From the IMG/VR virus record IMGVR_UViG_3300048911_000077: a stretch of DNA of 64,000 nucleotides, one strand, 5' to 3'. Each line of letters starts with the position of its first letter. The first letter of the stretch is position 1. Shown piece by piece: positions 52,277-64,000 of this stretch. Source of the DNA: an uncultured virus (IMG/VR IMGVR_UViG_3300048911_000077) (taxonomy: Duplodnaviria > Heunggongvirae > Uroviricota > Caudoviricetes). The translations under genes were made by a program, and so were the position numbers. The notes below the pieces were generated by a model. It did not search any database and was not told the DNA's origin. It was given only the letters and a program-made list of their open reading frames with translations.

Positions 52277-54397
52277 ATGGGTATGTACACAGAAATCTAC
52301 GTAAAAATTAGCTTCAAACCAGAAACTCCACAAAGCGTAATTGACACAATTGCTGCAATGATGGGTGATAAAGAAGATCCTGATAAGTTACCAGATCACG
52401 AGTTATTCACAAAAGGTCGTTGGTGCTTCATGCTCCGTTGCAGCTCATATTATCATATGCCGAGCTGCGTTGGTAAATTTTGGTACGATGATATTGCAAA
52501 GCAATGGTTTCTGTTGAGCCGGAGTGATCTTAAAAATTACGAGGGAGAAATTGAATCTTTCTTTGACTGGATTGCTCCATATGCTGAACAGAATTCAGAT
52601 AAACAGTTCATCGGCTATGAGCTTTATGAAGAGTCCGATGAGCCTACAATGTACTACTTGACAGAAAACGGTGTTGAAATCAAAATGCCTTGACTGCACA
52701 GAATTTTACGAGTATTATTGATCGTAGTGAAATTAATTGATGAGGAGAGATTTGATGTACGATATTATTAATGGTGGTGTTGAAGATAGTTATGAGCGAT
52801 CCTTTACGATTGGCGATCTTTTGAGGGAGCTTGAAAACTCAAACGCAAATAGTGTTAGGTTCATTGGTACAGATTATACTGTAGGTGCTCTGCACTCATG
52901 GCGGGGTAGCTATAGTATTCCTGCCCTTGAATATGAGACAGGATATAAGAGTCCTCAGGAGGTAGCAGTAGAGATTCGTGCAGAACTTAATCAAACCCAT
53001 TGCGGTTGGAAAGGTGGAACTTACATCTATTTTGAAAACGATATTTTTTATGTGGCTCAACGAGGAAGTTCATCAGAATACCAAGTGGTTGACGTTAAGA
53101 CCGAGCAGGGTATTCTGTATCTTTGCACCAAAATTGTTCCGTATTAAGGAGAGATGTGATGGATTTGCACAGCCAAATTATGAATATTCCAACAATTGTT
53201 GGCACCTACAATGATGAATTCTGCTATAAACTCGGCCACAGGGATGCACGTCATGCAGCTGCTGAGTTAGCTTTGAAGGCTGATGCTCGTATTGAGGAGC
53301 TTAAAGTTTATGAAAAGTTTGCTACATACCTACTGAATCAATTTAAGCTTCTAGGTGGAACTTATTACGAAGACAATTTAGCGTATTTTCGGGGGATTAA
53401 ATAATGAGTTATCTAGACATGAGCGAAGAAGAAATCCACAACCTTGTTGAGCGTGGTGGTCTGGATGACGATATGTTCTTTAGTCTGCATGAAGAAGCTA
53501 TTGAAAAGCTAAGCAAAACAGAAGCTACTTACAATGCTGTCATTAACTACATGCTTGGTAAAGGCTTCATGGGAAGCATCTGCACGACATGCTCAAGCAA
53601 CTGGAGGAACTATGTGATGAACCTAATTGAACTGATCGAAAAGCGACGTATTGCACTCACACCTGAATATGAAGGTGGTTGGCATGCAGATATTTATGGT
53701 GATGAAGACACTTATTGCCAGTCGGGTTATGGTGACAGTGTTGAAGAGGCTATTCGGGATGCTTTGAGCAATGAAAATGATTGACATCTCACAAATTAAC
53801 CTAAACATCTATTCCAAGGATGAGTTGCTAAATTTCTCTAATTCTGGTATTCTGTTTTGTGGGAATATGGATTTGACTGAGTTTGTTAGCAAGATTATGG
53901 AGGGGATGTATAGTCAAGAGGAGTTGGATAGGGCTGTTGAGGATGCTGAGGAAGAAGTACGTGGAGAGCGTTCTGACTGGTGTTCAGAGTGTGAAGCTGA
54001 ATTGAACTAGGAGAGGATCTGTAATGAAAAATAAAACTACTGGCGCAGGCTATGAGATGTCCCCACAAGAGTGGTCTGTTTACCGTACTAATGTGTATGA
54101 GTGCCTATTTTACAATAACAAGAAGTGGACGTTTGAAGGTCAGTCAATATTCTTCAATGGTTCACTAGTGCACTATTCTGATTTTATGAAAGCTAAGCGA
54201 GGGAGTCTATAATGAAAATTGGAACAAAAGTAAGGGTGGTAACTTGTATATATGGACATGATTTTCAGGATGGTCAAATTGTTAAACGCTTCCCTTTAGA
54301 ATACGACAATGACCATAAAGATTTGGTTGGATTTATTGGTGAAAATGGTCAGACTTGGTATATGGCTCCCGATGAGTATGAGGAGTATGAGCAATAG
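52277..54397 (+). other. Small hypothetical genes (52277, 52755, 53159, 53404, 53777, 54024, 54212)
   Basis: Co-oriented, mostly acidic ORFs with RBS. Confidence 0.65.
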
Positions 54398-54452
54398 CTA
54401 TTCTTGAAAGCATTTGAATTAAGATGAGATTAGAGATTATGGGAGAGATGAT

Positions 54453-56171
54453 TTGAGTAACTACGAAGATGAAAAATCAAAAGCTTATCACAAAGGAGGT
54501 TTTAAAAATAACCAAATGGCCGAGAATTCCAGTATTAAAAAAGAGACATTAAAGGAAGTTCTTTCTTTCAAATGTCTCGCTGTACCTGAACGAGGACTTA
54601 CTAAAGCTGATGCTGAGTTCTATGAAATTCGCTCTGCTGTAAGCCAAAAAGACGGTAAAACAATTGAGGCCACTTATTTTCCGTACTTTAGTAAGTCTGG
54701 TGAGTTAACTGGCTTTAAGAAGCGTGATTGGACTGTACCTAAAGATCACGACTTCCACTTTACAACAGTTGGAACAGTTAAGATTAATGCTCAAATGTTT
54801 GGTCAACCACAAACACCTAGCAAAGGTCGTAAGCTCATCATCGTTGAGGGTGAGGAAGAGGTAGCCGCAACACGGCGAGCCATTCTTGACAGCCTAAAAG
54901 GGACTAAATACGAAGGTAAGATTGAACCTTCTGTAGTGTCCGTGTCTCTTGGGACGGCTAACGCTGCTGAAAGTGTTGCCCACAACTTAGAGTACGTGCA
55001 GTCTTTCACAGACTTGGTACTGGCGTTTGACAGTGATGAAGCTACTGCTAAAGAGTTGAAGAAAGGTATCCGTAAAGGCAAAGAGGCAAAGGAAGAAGTA
55101 GCTGGACTTTTGCTTACAGATAATATTTACACTATTACACATCCTCAAGGTATGAAGGACTCCCGTGACTGCGTGGTTAATGGTCACTCTGTAGAACTTG
55201 GCAAAATTCTGGCGTTTGGTCTTCAAAAGTACAGTCCGGAAAAGATTATTGCAGGCGATGATGTTGATCTTGATGATTTGCTTGAGCCTTTACGAGAAGG
55301 TCATTATGTACAACGCTACCCAAAATTGATGGAGAAGATTCACGGCTTACGTACAGGCAATGAGTTGATTACTTACACAGCATTTAGTGGAGTAGGCAAA
55401 TCGACACTTAATCGTGAAATTGCATGGGAACTTACAGCAGCAGGATATAAGGTGGGGTTCATCTTCCTAGAAGAGCCAACTAAGAAAACACAACAGTCTT
55501 TGATTGCTTTGGAACTTGGTGTACGTCTACCCGACTTTCGTAAAAACCCTTTGTCCGTAGCGACACGCGAAGTAATTGAAGCTGCAAAGAATAAAGTAAT
55601 CTCTAATGGAAAGACTTTCTTTCTTGATCACTTTGGTTCTATGAAAGTTGATAAATTGATGCAACAGATCAAATACCTCCACTTCATTTGTGGCTGCGAA
55701 CATATCTTTATTGACCATATCTCTATGTTGGTTGCTGGTATGGAAAGCAGTAATGAACGAAAAGATATTGATATGTTGTATGAAGAACTTGCAGCATTCA
55801 TGACAAACAACAATGTAACTATTCATGCTGTGTGTCACTTGAAGCGGGTAGAGGATAACGCCCCACGTCTGAAGGAGGGTGAAGAGCCTAAGGCTTACTG
55901 GAGAACTGTTCGCAAGGAGATGCTCCGTGGTAGTGCTGGTATTGAACAAATGAGCACATGTATTGTTGCGCTTGAGAACGAGGTAATGCCTTCAGAAACA
56001 CGTGGACGTGTCCGAACTAAAGTACTGAAAGATCGTGAGTGGGGCGAGCTTGGTGTGTGTGACACAATGATGCAACTGCAAGATGGGCGACTTCATGTTG
56101 TTCCAGATTATGATGGTTGGATCTATGATCCAGACGGAACTAACCAACAAGAGAATTATCAGGAATTTTAA
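54453..56171 (+). CDS. Primase-helicase (T7 gp4-like)
   Basis: Toprim IIVEGE...FDSD; Walker A AFSGVGKST; IFIDHIS; LRGSAGIEQ. Confidence 0.92.
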   Translation: MSNYEDEKSKAYHKGGFKNNQMAENSSIKKETLKEVLSFKCLAVPERGLTKADAEFYEIRSAVSQKDGKTIEATYFPYFSKSGELTGFKKRDWTVPKDHDFHFTTVGTVKINAQMFGQPQTPSKGRKLIIVEGEEEVAATRRAILDSLKGTKYEGKIEPSVVSVSLGTANAAESVAHNLEYVQSFTDLVLAFDSDEATAKELKKGIRKGKEAKEEVAGLLLTDNIYTITHPQGMKDSRDCVVNGHSVELGKILAFGLQKYSPEKIIAGDDVDLDDLLEPLREGHYVQRYPKLMEKIHGLRTGNELITYTAFSGVGKSTLNREIAWELTAAGYKVGFIFLEEPTKKTQQSLIALELGVRLPDFRKNPLSVATREVIEAAKNKVISNGKTFFLDHFGSMKVDKLMQQIKYLHFICGCEHIFIDHISMLVAGMESSNERKDIDMLYEELAAFMTNNNVTIHAVCHLKRVEDNAPRLKEGEEPKAYWRTVRKEMLRGSAGIEQMSTCIVALENEVMPSETRGRVRTKVLKDREWGELGVCDTMMQLQDGRLHVVPDYDGWIYDPDGTNQQENYQEF

Positions 56172-56845
56172 TGACAAAAACTACTAAACACATTCGATTA
56201 GAAGATGACGTAAAGATTGACGGAGTTTGGAGGACTTCATTTACTAGGACAATTTCCAATAATAATTACGAACTCATCCATACCTTATCCGGTCAAAGAT
56301 GGTTCAGTATGTTGAAAAGGTGTCAAGAAGGTGGTGGAGAACAAAAGAAATACCCTAGATATGTTGGAAGCACCAATCAATTCGAGTGTTTTGGGGATTT
56401 CGTAGAATGGAGCCAACAAGAGGTTGGTTATAAACTAAGAGAAAATGTAGGCAAACAATCTTGGGCTTATTGTCTGGAAAAAGATATTCTTGGTAATGGT
56501 TCTAAGATATATTCACCAGAGACTTGTTTGTATGTACCTAATGCTGTGAATATATTTTTGACTGCCCGTAATGCTTCCCGAGGAGATTACCCAATTGGAG
56601 CTGCTTGGAAAGAGAAAAACAAAAAGTTCCAAGCTCAGGTTAGGGATAGGAATACTAGCCGTTACCTTGGGCTGCATTCTGATCCAATGGATGCACACAG
56701 AGCTTGGCAATTAGGAAAGATTGATATTGGTCGCAATTTTGCCTTGGAGTTTAAGGGTTGGCATGATAGACTATTTGTTGGGTTGAATGTTTGGCTCAAC
56801 AAAATTCAAGATGATTACGATAATCATAGAGAAACTATTCTTTAG
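56171..56845 (+). CDS. Free-standing homing endonuclease (HNH-variant with AP2-like domain)
   Basis: W.SML.RC...LEKDIL...KIYSPETC..VP...N; YPIG...KFQAQ...YLG. Confidence 0.8.
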   Translation: MTKTTKHIRLEDDVKIDGVWRTSFTRTISNNNYELIHTLSGQRWFSMLKRCQEGGGEQKKYPRYVGSTNQFECFGDFVEWSQQEVGYKLRENVGKQSWAYCLEKDILGNGSKIYSPETCLYVPNAVNIFLTARNASRGDYPIGAAWKEKNKKFQAQVRDRNTSRYLGLHSDPMDAHRAWQLGKIDIGRNFALEFKGWHDRLFVGLNVWLNKIQDDYDNHRETIL

Positions 56846-56855
56846 GAGTTAATAG

Positions 56856-59533
56856 ATGGTTGACATTACGTGGGACATTGAAGGTACAGGTCTTTTAAAC
56901 AGTGAGACAATCGACTATAAATCCAGTCCTTACAAACTAAAGGATAACTTTAAGTTCCACTCTATTGTCGTTGAAGACCACGAGACAGGGGAGCTTACTG
57001 CCTTTTATGATGGCCCGGAATATGTCTTTGATGGTCAGGAGTATTCTGAGGTTGTAGGTGATCAGACATATGTTCTGAAAGACTACGAACCAATCAGTTA
57101 CACCCGTAGAGTATTGTCAGATTTCCCAGAGTTTGTTAAAACTACGAGCTTGAATAAAATTGTATGTCATAATCAGATCAACTTCGATCTATTGGCATGT
57201 AAGTTGTATTACGGAATGGACTATGAAGTTGAACCTGATTTGTGGTGTGGTAACAAAGTAATTTTTGAGGATACTCTTGTAATCAGCAAGGCACTTAACC
57301 CAGATCGTTTGGGCGGACATAGCTTGGATGCATTGTCTGAGAAGACAGGTATTCGCAAGATTGCGTTCCGTAAACATCTAGGAACAGATGTACGATTTAA
57401 ACACTTTGCTGCTGACATGCTCTACTACAACATTTACGATGTAAAAGCCAACACTCAAGTTTATAAAATGTTGGAAGTTGAAAAAGGTGATTGGGATTGG
57501 TCAGACGCCATTAGTCTTGAAAAGTCTGTAGCGGAGATTATCACTCGACAAGAGCACCGTGGCTTTGACTTCAAGACAGAACGTGCTATTGAACTTGTTC
57601 GTGATTTGGATATCAAGCTTGAAGCTTTGCGTAGTGAAGTAGAACCTGTCTTACCTCCTAAACCGTTGGCAAAGACACGAATGGATTTCTACACACCTAG
57701 TGAAAAGCAGTTCAAGAAGTCTGGTGAACTGAATGAAAATATTAAGAAGTTTGTAGCTAAACACGAAGGAACAATTAATGAAGACAATGTTGCAACAATC
57801 TTTGGTAAAGAATATCCTCTGCCAATGCCTGCTGTACCATTGGTTACTGAAGTTCCTTCGACTTTGAAAGATACGACACACATTAAGGAGTGGCTGGTTT
57901 CTAAGTTTGGCTGGAATCCTTCAGCGTGGAAGGAGCGGGATTTAACTTGTGACGCTAAGAAGAATCGTCTTAGCCAAGAGAAGTTTGAAGCAGCAGTAGA
58001 GCGATATGTTGAACAGACATTGGCAAGCCCTTTTTGTAAATATCGTCTTGAGCATTTGAACCTTAATAAATCAAATATTAAGGCTAAGTTGTTGGCAAAA
58101 GGGTGTGCAAAAAGCTTTAAAGTGCTGACTAACCCTACGCTGACGGTAGGGCAGGAGAAAGAGATTTGCCCCGGACTTATTGCACTAGAAAGTAGTTTTC
58201 CTCACGCAAGAAAGCTTGCTGACTTCCTTACTTATAGCCATCGGCGTAACAGCATTCTTGGTGGTGGGTATGATCCTGAAGAAGATGACGATGAACACGA
58301 AAGTGGGTTTATGCCTAACGTTCGGGAAGATGGTCGTATTCCAACACCAGCAGACACTTGTGGAGCTGGGACGAGCCGCTTCAAACATCGTTTGGTAGCA
58401 AACATTCCCCGTAATTCCTCGCTTTATGGGGAAGAAATGCGTAGTTTGTTTGGAGTTGGTAAAGGATATGTGCAGCTAGGCTATGATTTCGACAGCTTGG
58501 AAGCTAAGATTGAAAGCCATTATGTATACCGCTATAAAGGAGGTCCAGAATATGGTATTAGCTTAACAGCAGAGAAGCCTAATGATTGTCACTCTGTACT
58601 TGCTCGCCGTATTACAGAAATCCTTGGGAGAGAGTTTCCGCGTAACAGTGCAAAATCTGTGAAGTACGGTTGTAGCTACAATGCACAAGTAGCACGGGTA
58701 GCTAAAATTGTTGGATGTGATATTCCAACAGCACAAATCATCTTTGATGAGTTTTGGACCTTGGCGAATCCTCTGAAAGAACTGAAAGACCGTATGCAGC
58801 AGTATTGGGAGACAACAGGTCAGAAGAAGTTCTTGATTGGTATTGACAAGCGAAAGCTTCCAATTCGGTCAAAGGGTAATGTGATCAATACAGCATTCCA
58901 AAGCGCTGGTGTAATCTGTGCAAAGCGTGCGATGGTTATTCATGATCGTAAGCTTAAGTCTGAAGGCATGTCTGTAGACTTCTTTAAAGATGATTGGAAA
59001 AGTAAAAAGTACTGTCAACAAATGATTGCCTACCATAAATAATTGTGGCCTTGCATTGTGAAGTGCATTGAATAACCTGTTGAATTCGGGGAAAGCTAAA
59101 GCGTAAGCCATGCCAATCCCGAGCGAAGCCTAGAAATAGGAACGTGTAACGACTATCCCGTAAGGGAGTAGGATGCAAGCGCATTCGAAGCGGCAGGGGG
59201 CTCACAGAGTCCGTGATATAGTCTGATTCTCCGTGAAAGCGGAGTGAGTTTAGCGAACTCAATAACTGAATGGATGAGGCGCAATTAGAGTTGAGCAGAG
59301 AGCTTGTCAAATTCAAAATGTTTGACACAGAAAAAGAAGCTAAGCAGTTTTCTGAGGAAGGCAAAGTATGGAGTGATGTCGGACACGCTAAGGATGGTCG
59401 ATTCTTTCGTTCATGGTGTCGTGCAGGGGAGCTTGCAGCAGAGGCTGTAAAAGAAGCTGGACAGTACTACAAACTTAACGTAGAATTGACGGCAGGGTAT
59501 GTAATTGGTAGCGGCTGGGATAATTGTCACTAA
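56856..59533 (+). CDS. Family A DNA polymerase, two exons (56856..59036 and 59273..59533), 813 aa after splicing
   Basis: Exonuclease DIE / HNQINFD; motif A DFDSLE; motif B RNSAKSVKYG; motif C restored as AYH|DEAQ. Confidence 0.93.
59037..59272 (+). ncRNA. ORF-less group I intron (236 nt) in the DNA polymerase gene
   Basis: Exon CCAU pairs with GUGG (U-G splice site); P7 CGACTA / GATATAGTC; terminal G; in-frame HDE after splicing. Confidence 0.92.
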
Positions 59534-59619
59534 TCTCAAAATAAAAGCTTTACACAACACCTTTATCATGCGATAATATACGTGTAAATTAAATATCAAG
59601 CTGAATGAAGGAGAGGGAA

Positions 59620-60767
59620 ATGAGCAAATTTAAGATTGGAGATGAGATTGTCTGTATTAAACAATCGGAGACAAATTGGTATTCCATCGGAGACGTTCAC
59701 GTTATCTCAAGTGGTCCAATCAGTGCGTGGGATGATGAGACTTGTGAAGATTACATTGGATATAATGTCTTAGCCCACACGGAAAAGGATATTTGGGTTG
59801 ATTCACGAGATTTTGATTTGATCGTTGAAGAGCCCGTCCCAACGAACACTAAGCTTGACTATGCAGCAGCTTTCAATGCTTGGATGGACGATTACATGAA
59901 CAACCCACAAGCTTATGAAGATTCTCATGATAGCGCTGTACGTCATTTGAAAGAAAAGCTGAATGGTGAAGAACCTAGCTACGGTGCTGTATGTGCTGAA
60001 GTGTTGGTAAAATACCTTAATAAACTGGAGAGTAAATAATATGCAAACTAAATATTGCTACACCGTTCAAGACACTCAACATCTGTTCGCAGATGACATT
60101 CCATCGCGATCTATTGCACGCGAGGAGCTGAAAGAAATCAAAGCATTGGGCTATAAAGATGCTAAGATTATTCGTCAAGAGTTCGTGCTGCTAGCTCAAA
60201 AGCAGGTTCGCTGAGTATGGGCACAATCCGCATAACTGAAACATCCCGAACAGGTGAAATATCCTCAACAGTTGAATATGAATTCAGTGACTTCCAAGAT
60301 TATATCTCTTGGCGTAATCTGCAAAGTAAACAACTGAAAGATTCTCTGATGGATATCTTTGGCGGGATTGGAGAGCTTCCAGGGGAAGAACAGCAGGCAG
60401 AGATTGTAGATATGTCTGTTGGGAAGAAGAAAACTGAGCCAACTAGACATTAATTAAGGAGAATCACTTGAAAGCACTTTCTGTACTAGGACTAGTTATT
60501 GGCTGTATTGTAGGACTTGCACTGTTTTGCATCTATAATGCTTGGGTGTTGACAATTCTTTGGGGTTGGTTTATCGTACCTCTTGGTGTCAAGTCTCTGA
60601 GCATTGCTCATGCATATGGCTTTACACTTGTAACAGGTTTGATTCTAAGTAATCGTGGTGTCAAAGAGAATAAAGATAAAGAAGATTGGACAAGTAGTAT
60701 TGTTGTCTGGCTTCTGCTTCCAGCTATAGCCCTGCTGTTTGGTTGGATTGCTGTAGGGTTTATGTAA
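59620..60767 (+). other. Small hypothetical genes (59620..60039, short ORF, 60217..60453, membrane protein 60468..60767)
   Basis: Co-oriented ORFs behind TTTACA-N17-GATAAT. Confidence 0.6.
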
Positions 60768-60865
60768 AGAATTTGTCGAGAGACAGATACAACTCCTAGC
60801 GGAGTAGCCAATAATGGCAAGCGTTGTAAATTGAAAAATATCATTTAAAGAAGGTAATTAAAAAT

Positions 60866-61489
60866 ATGGCTACAATCTCCGGTGTACTGGCTTACGTTAA
60901 ACTGCAACAACCAGACTTCAAATATGGCTCTTCTACAGAGAAAGAGTATTCTGTAAACTTGGTTGTCAGTAAAGCCGAAGCTAAGGCTTGGAACAAAGAG
61001 TTTCCAAAGCAGAAAGCAAAAGAAGTTGATCGTGCAGACTTTGAAAAGTCTTACAAGATTGCACCACCAACGGATGACGATGAGTTCTTTGTACTGACTA
61101 TTCGCAAACCTGCACAGTATAAAGATGGTAATCCAATTCCTGATGCAATGCGTCCACGGGCTTTTATCAAAGGTGATAATGGTAAGCTTCAAGACATTAC
61201 TAAAGATGTTCTGATTGCAAACGGTTCTGTTGGTACTCTGAGCTACGATGTTCGTGATAATGAGTTTGGTCACTTCTCAAGCTTAAAGGCTGTACGTGTG
61301 GACACTCTGGTTGAGTACAAGAAGAAGGGCGGTGCTTCAAATGACTTCTCTGAGCTTGGTGATGTAGAGAGCCTTGCAGATGACTTCTCGGATGTTCCTG
61401 AGCGTGTGCAGAGTGACGCACAGAAGGCTGTAAAGGCCAAAGCAGATCCAGAGCGTGATGAAGACTTAGACGAAAGTTTGCCGTTCTGA
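60866..61489 (+). CDS. Single-stranded DNA-binding protein (T7 gp2.5-like)
   Basis: IANGS.G motif; acidic tail ending DESLPF; replication context. Confidence 0.75.
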   Translation: MATISGVLAYVKLQQPDFKYGSSTEKEYSVNLVVSKAEAKAWNKEFPKQKAKEVDRADFEKSYKIAPPTDDDEFFVLTIRKPAQYKDGNPIPDAMRPRAFIKGDNGKLQDITKDVLIANGSVGTLSYDVRDNEFGHFSSLKAVRVDTLVEYKKKGGASNDFSELGDVESLADDFSDVPERVQSDAQKAVKAKADPERDEDLDESLPF

Positions 61490-61536
61490 TCTAAAACAAG
61501 GCACAGGGATTGTGCCACTTACTTAAGGAGAGATTT

Positions 61537-62419
61537 ATGACAGTAGATATTCAAGCTGTACTGAATTGCCCACTAGAAGAGAACGATTCAGGTGCAGACA
61601 CAGTTAAAGGATACCTTAAAGCACTTCTGTTCACACTGTGGGATGAAGATGAAGGTTTTAGTGGTAAACGTCCTTTTGGTAATTCTGGTTGGGAATGGGA
61701 CCTTACTGATGCCTTGATTGACAACAAAATTGCACAAACAAACAGTGAAGCTAAGAAGCTAATTTTCAAAGCTATTCAAGCACTTTAAATTATTAGGAGA
61801 AGTATATGAGCATGTCGGAACAGGAACTGTTTGATCGTTTGGTTGATCTGAATAAAGAAGCACTAACTTTGGCTGAGGATATTTCACAGCTTAAGAAAGA
61901 TGTAAAGTTCCATAAAGAAACAAATCCAAACGGTATCAGCGCAGACGATATTAAGTTTGTAAGTGCTGCTGCAAAGCTTGAGGCAAAACAGCAGTTTGAG
62001 GAATTTAGTGGCGATAATGCTGCTGTGATTGCTAAGTATAAAGAGCTTACAAAATACGATTGATAAATATCAGTATTACTGAGGGGAGCTTTTTTGCTCC
62101 CTTTTATTTACCAAGGAGAACTAAATTGGGCGTAGAATATTCAGCACGAATTATTGTTGGTCTTCCTCACGAAGATCTTGAAGAGTTCTTAGAAGGTTTA
62201 GATGATCCTTATGATGTGGGGCTGTATGTTTGCAGTCCTTATTATGATGCAAGTTATGGGGCTTCATTATTTGGAGTTCTTGTAAGTCACTGTGATGATT
62301 TTGGCTATACAGAAATTGATGAGTTTAGTTGGTCTGAAAAAGTGACAAAAGCACATCAACAGTTTACAAAGATCACAGGTAAGAAGGGTGTTTTGTTCCT
62401 CTCTACTTACGGGAGTTGA
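61537..62419 (+). other. Three hypothetical genes (61537..61788, 61806..62063, ~62127..62419)
   Basis: ORFs with AGGAG RBS. Confidence 0.6.
62083..62109 (+). terminator. Rho-independent terminator
   Basis: GGGGAGC-TTTTTT-GCTCCCT then TTTATTT. Confidence 0.65.
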
Positions 62420-62420
62420 A

Positions 62421-63419
62421 ATGACAAAACTAACATCAATAATTGACCTAGATTACGTAAAGTATGCTTCTGCATCAGTTGGTGAAAAACGTTCTATCAT
62501 CGTCACTCACAAATCATCAGGACGTGAGAAACAGTTTAACACACGAACTGAATTTTACGGGCGTGACAAAGCTAAATCTGGTGGCTGGCTTGGTCAACTA
62601 AACTCTAAACGTGATAGCCCATTTGCTGTGGATGAATTTGAGATTGTAGATCAACAGATTGCAGAACCAATTGATCACGTATTGCAGATTGCAAAGACTC
62701 AAGTTGAAGGTGATCTAAAGCGACTTGGTACAAACAAATACAAAGCATTCTTAGGTAAAGGTGATAGCTTTCGTGTTGAACTATCTACCCTTAAAAAGTA
62801 CAAAGATAACAGAAAGGATATGTTACGCCCTTTGCATATGGATGCTGTGACAGAGTATCTTGAACGAAAGTTTAAAGCGGAGATTGTAACAACCATCGAA
62901 GCAGACGACCGTTGTGTGATTGAGGCTTACAACAATCCTAATGCTGTGATTCAGGGGTTGGACAAGGATTATTATTCAGCTCCAGTGAACTTCTTTAACG
63001 TCAATCGTCCAGAGGAAGGTATTCAAGACTGTAATCAATTTGGTAGTTTGTGGTTAGACGATAAAGGTGATGTTCGGGGTATTGGCAGGATGCACCTATA
63101 CTGGCAGATGGCAAGCAATGACACCTCTGACAACTACGCAGCTAATTGCTTCTCAGACATTAAGTGGGCGGGGAAATCAGCCTACAAAAGCCTTGTAGAA
63201 GCTAAGACAGACAATGAGGCATGGGAGAAGCTTAAAGGGATTTTCCAGTACCTTTATCCCGAAGAAAAGACTGTTTTAGGCTGGAGAAATGACCCTATCA
63301 ACCTCACTTGGGATTATGTTTTGAATGAGATGTTTGTGATGGCTAGGATGTTAAGGTTTGAGGGTGAGAACTTGAATGCTTATGATGTGATGGATAAGCT
63401 TGGTGTGTCATATGAGTGA
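62421..63419 (+). CDS. 5'-3' exonuclease (T7 gp6 / FEN-like)
   Basis: IDLD, FR...YKDNR, EADD, DKD, D.SDN acidic motifs. Confidence 0.85.
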   Translation: MTKLTSIIDLDYVKYASASVGEKRSIIVTHKSSGREKQFNTRTEFYGRDKAKSGGWLGQLNSKRDSPFAVDEFEIVDQQIAEPIDHVLQIAKTQVEGDLKRLGTNKYKAFLGKGDSFRVELSTLKKYKDNRKDMLRPLHMDAVTEYLERKFKAEIVTTIEADDRCVIEAYNNPNAVIQGLDKDYYSAPVNFFNVNRPEEGIQDCNQFGSLWLDDKGDVRGIGRMHLYWQMASNDTSDNYAANCFSDIKWAGKSAYKSLVEAKTDNEAWEKLKGIFQYLYPEEKTVLGWRNDPINLTWDYVLNEMFVMARMLRFEGENLNAYDVMDKLGVSYE

Positions 63420-63951
63420 TCCGTGGACTAATTATCCTCATATCTGGAAGACAAAGGCTGCATTCCTAAGTTTCATACGTGGGGGAATTCGTAGAGCTTT
63501 ATGGAATAGAAGCCCTATCAAGCTTGAATTTATCAAGAAGTATCGTAAGCGTATCAAGAACCCAAACCCTAAAGGAAAGGTTAAAGAAGTGTGGGGCGGA
63601 AGCTGTGCCTTGTGCAACAAAGACTTCCCCTCTCAACAGCTTAACGTAGACCACAAGATAGGTAACAACTCTTTAAAGGAATTGTCCGACCTACAATCTT
63701 TTATTGAATCAATTGTACTTGTTCAAGAAAGTGATCTACAATTTGTATGTATTCCTTGCCACAAGATTAAGAATCTACAGGAAAGGAGTGGTGTGGATTT
63801 TGAGTCAGCAAGGATAACCAAGGATGTGATCGCTATCTGTAAAGCTAAAAAAGACGTGCAATGGCTAAAAGATCATGATATAATCCCTGCAAGCAATGCT
63901 GCGAAACGTAGAAAGCAAATCGAGGAGAGTATGAGACATGAAAAAGAATGA
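63412..63951 (+). CDS. HNH-fold endonuclease
   Basis: CALC...VDH...LQFVCIPCHKIK. Confidence 0.75.
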   Translation: MSDPWTNYPHIWKTKAAFLSFIRGGIRRALWNRSPIKLEFIKKYRKRIKNPNPKGKVKEVWGGSCALCNKDFPSQQLNVDHKIGNNSLKELSDLQSFIESIVLVQESDLQFVCIPCHKIKNLQERSGVDFESARITKDVIAICKAKKDVQWLKDHDIIPASNAAKRRKQIEESMRHEKE

Positions 63952-64000
63952 AGTTTACACAGAGCTGAGTATTCAAATTGGTGTTCTTGAGAGTAAAGTT

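Noticed and set aside
59270..59533. Separate 87-aa gene after the polymerase
   Set aside because: It is exon 2 of the polymerase; the G of its ATG is the intron's terminal G.

Overview
64-kb piece of a lytic tailed dsDNA phage with a contractile tail (myovirus-type). No integrase, CRISPR array or reverse transcriptase was seen. A Pseudomonas-like host is suggested only weakly, by an AlgR box. Layout: 1-15.2 kb (-) is the head/neck/tail module, from the tape measure 5' end to a terminase interrupted by a group I intron. 15.3-20 kb is a mostly non-coding island with HNH genes, two aberrant tRNA-like genes, a tRNA 3' remnant and several structured RNA candidates. 20-34.5 kb (+) holds accessory and metabolic genes (PhoH, ClpP-like, deaminase, HD hydrolase, Pth2-like, Toprim). 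34.9-52.1 kb (-) is a dense array of small early genes behind sigma70 promoters. 52.2-64 kb (+) is the replication module (primase-helicase, family A DNA polymerase with a group I intron, SSB, exonuclease). The most notable unexplained signals are four. (1) A hairpin array at 17.0-17.2 kb whose minus-strand loops are complementary to the AGGAGAG ribosome-binding site used by many early/middle genes but by no structural gene. (2) Two paralogous ~450-nt structured non-coding elements, each directly upstream of a nuclease gene. (3) A ~250-nt multi-pseudoknot RNA candidate. (4) Non-canonical tRNA mimics. All product calls come from motif recognition and synteny; no database search was run.
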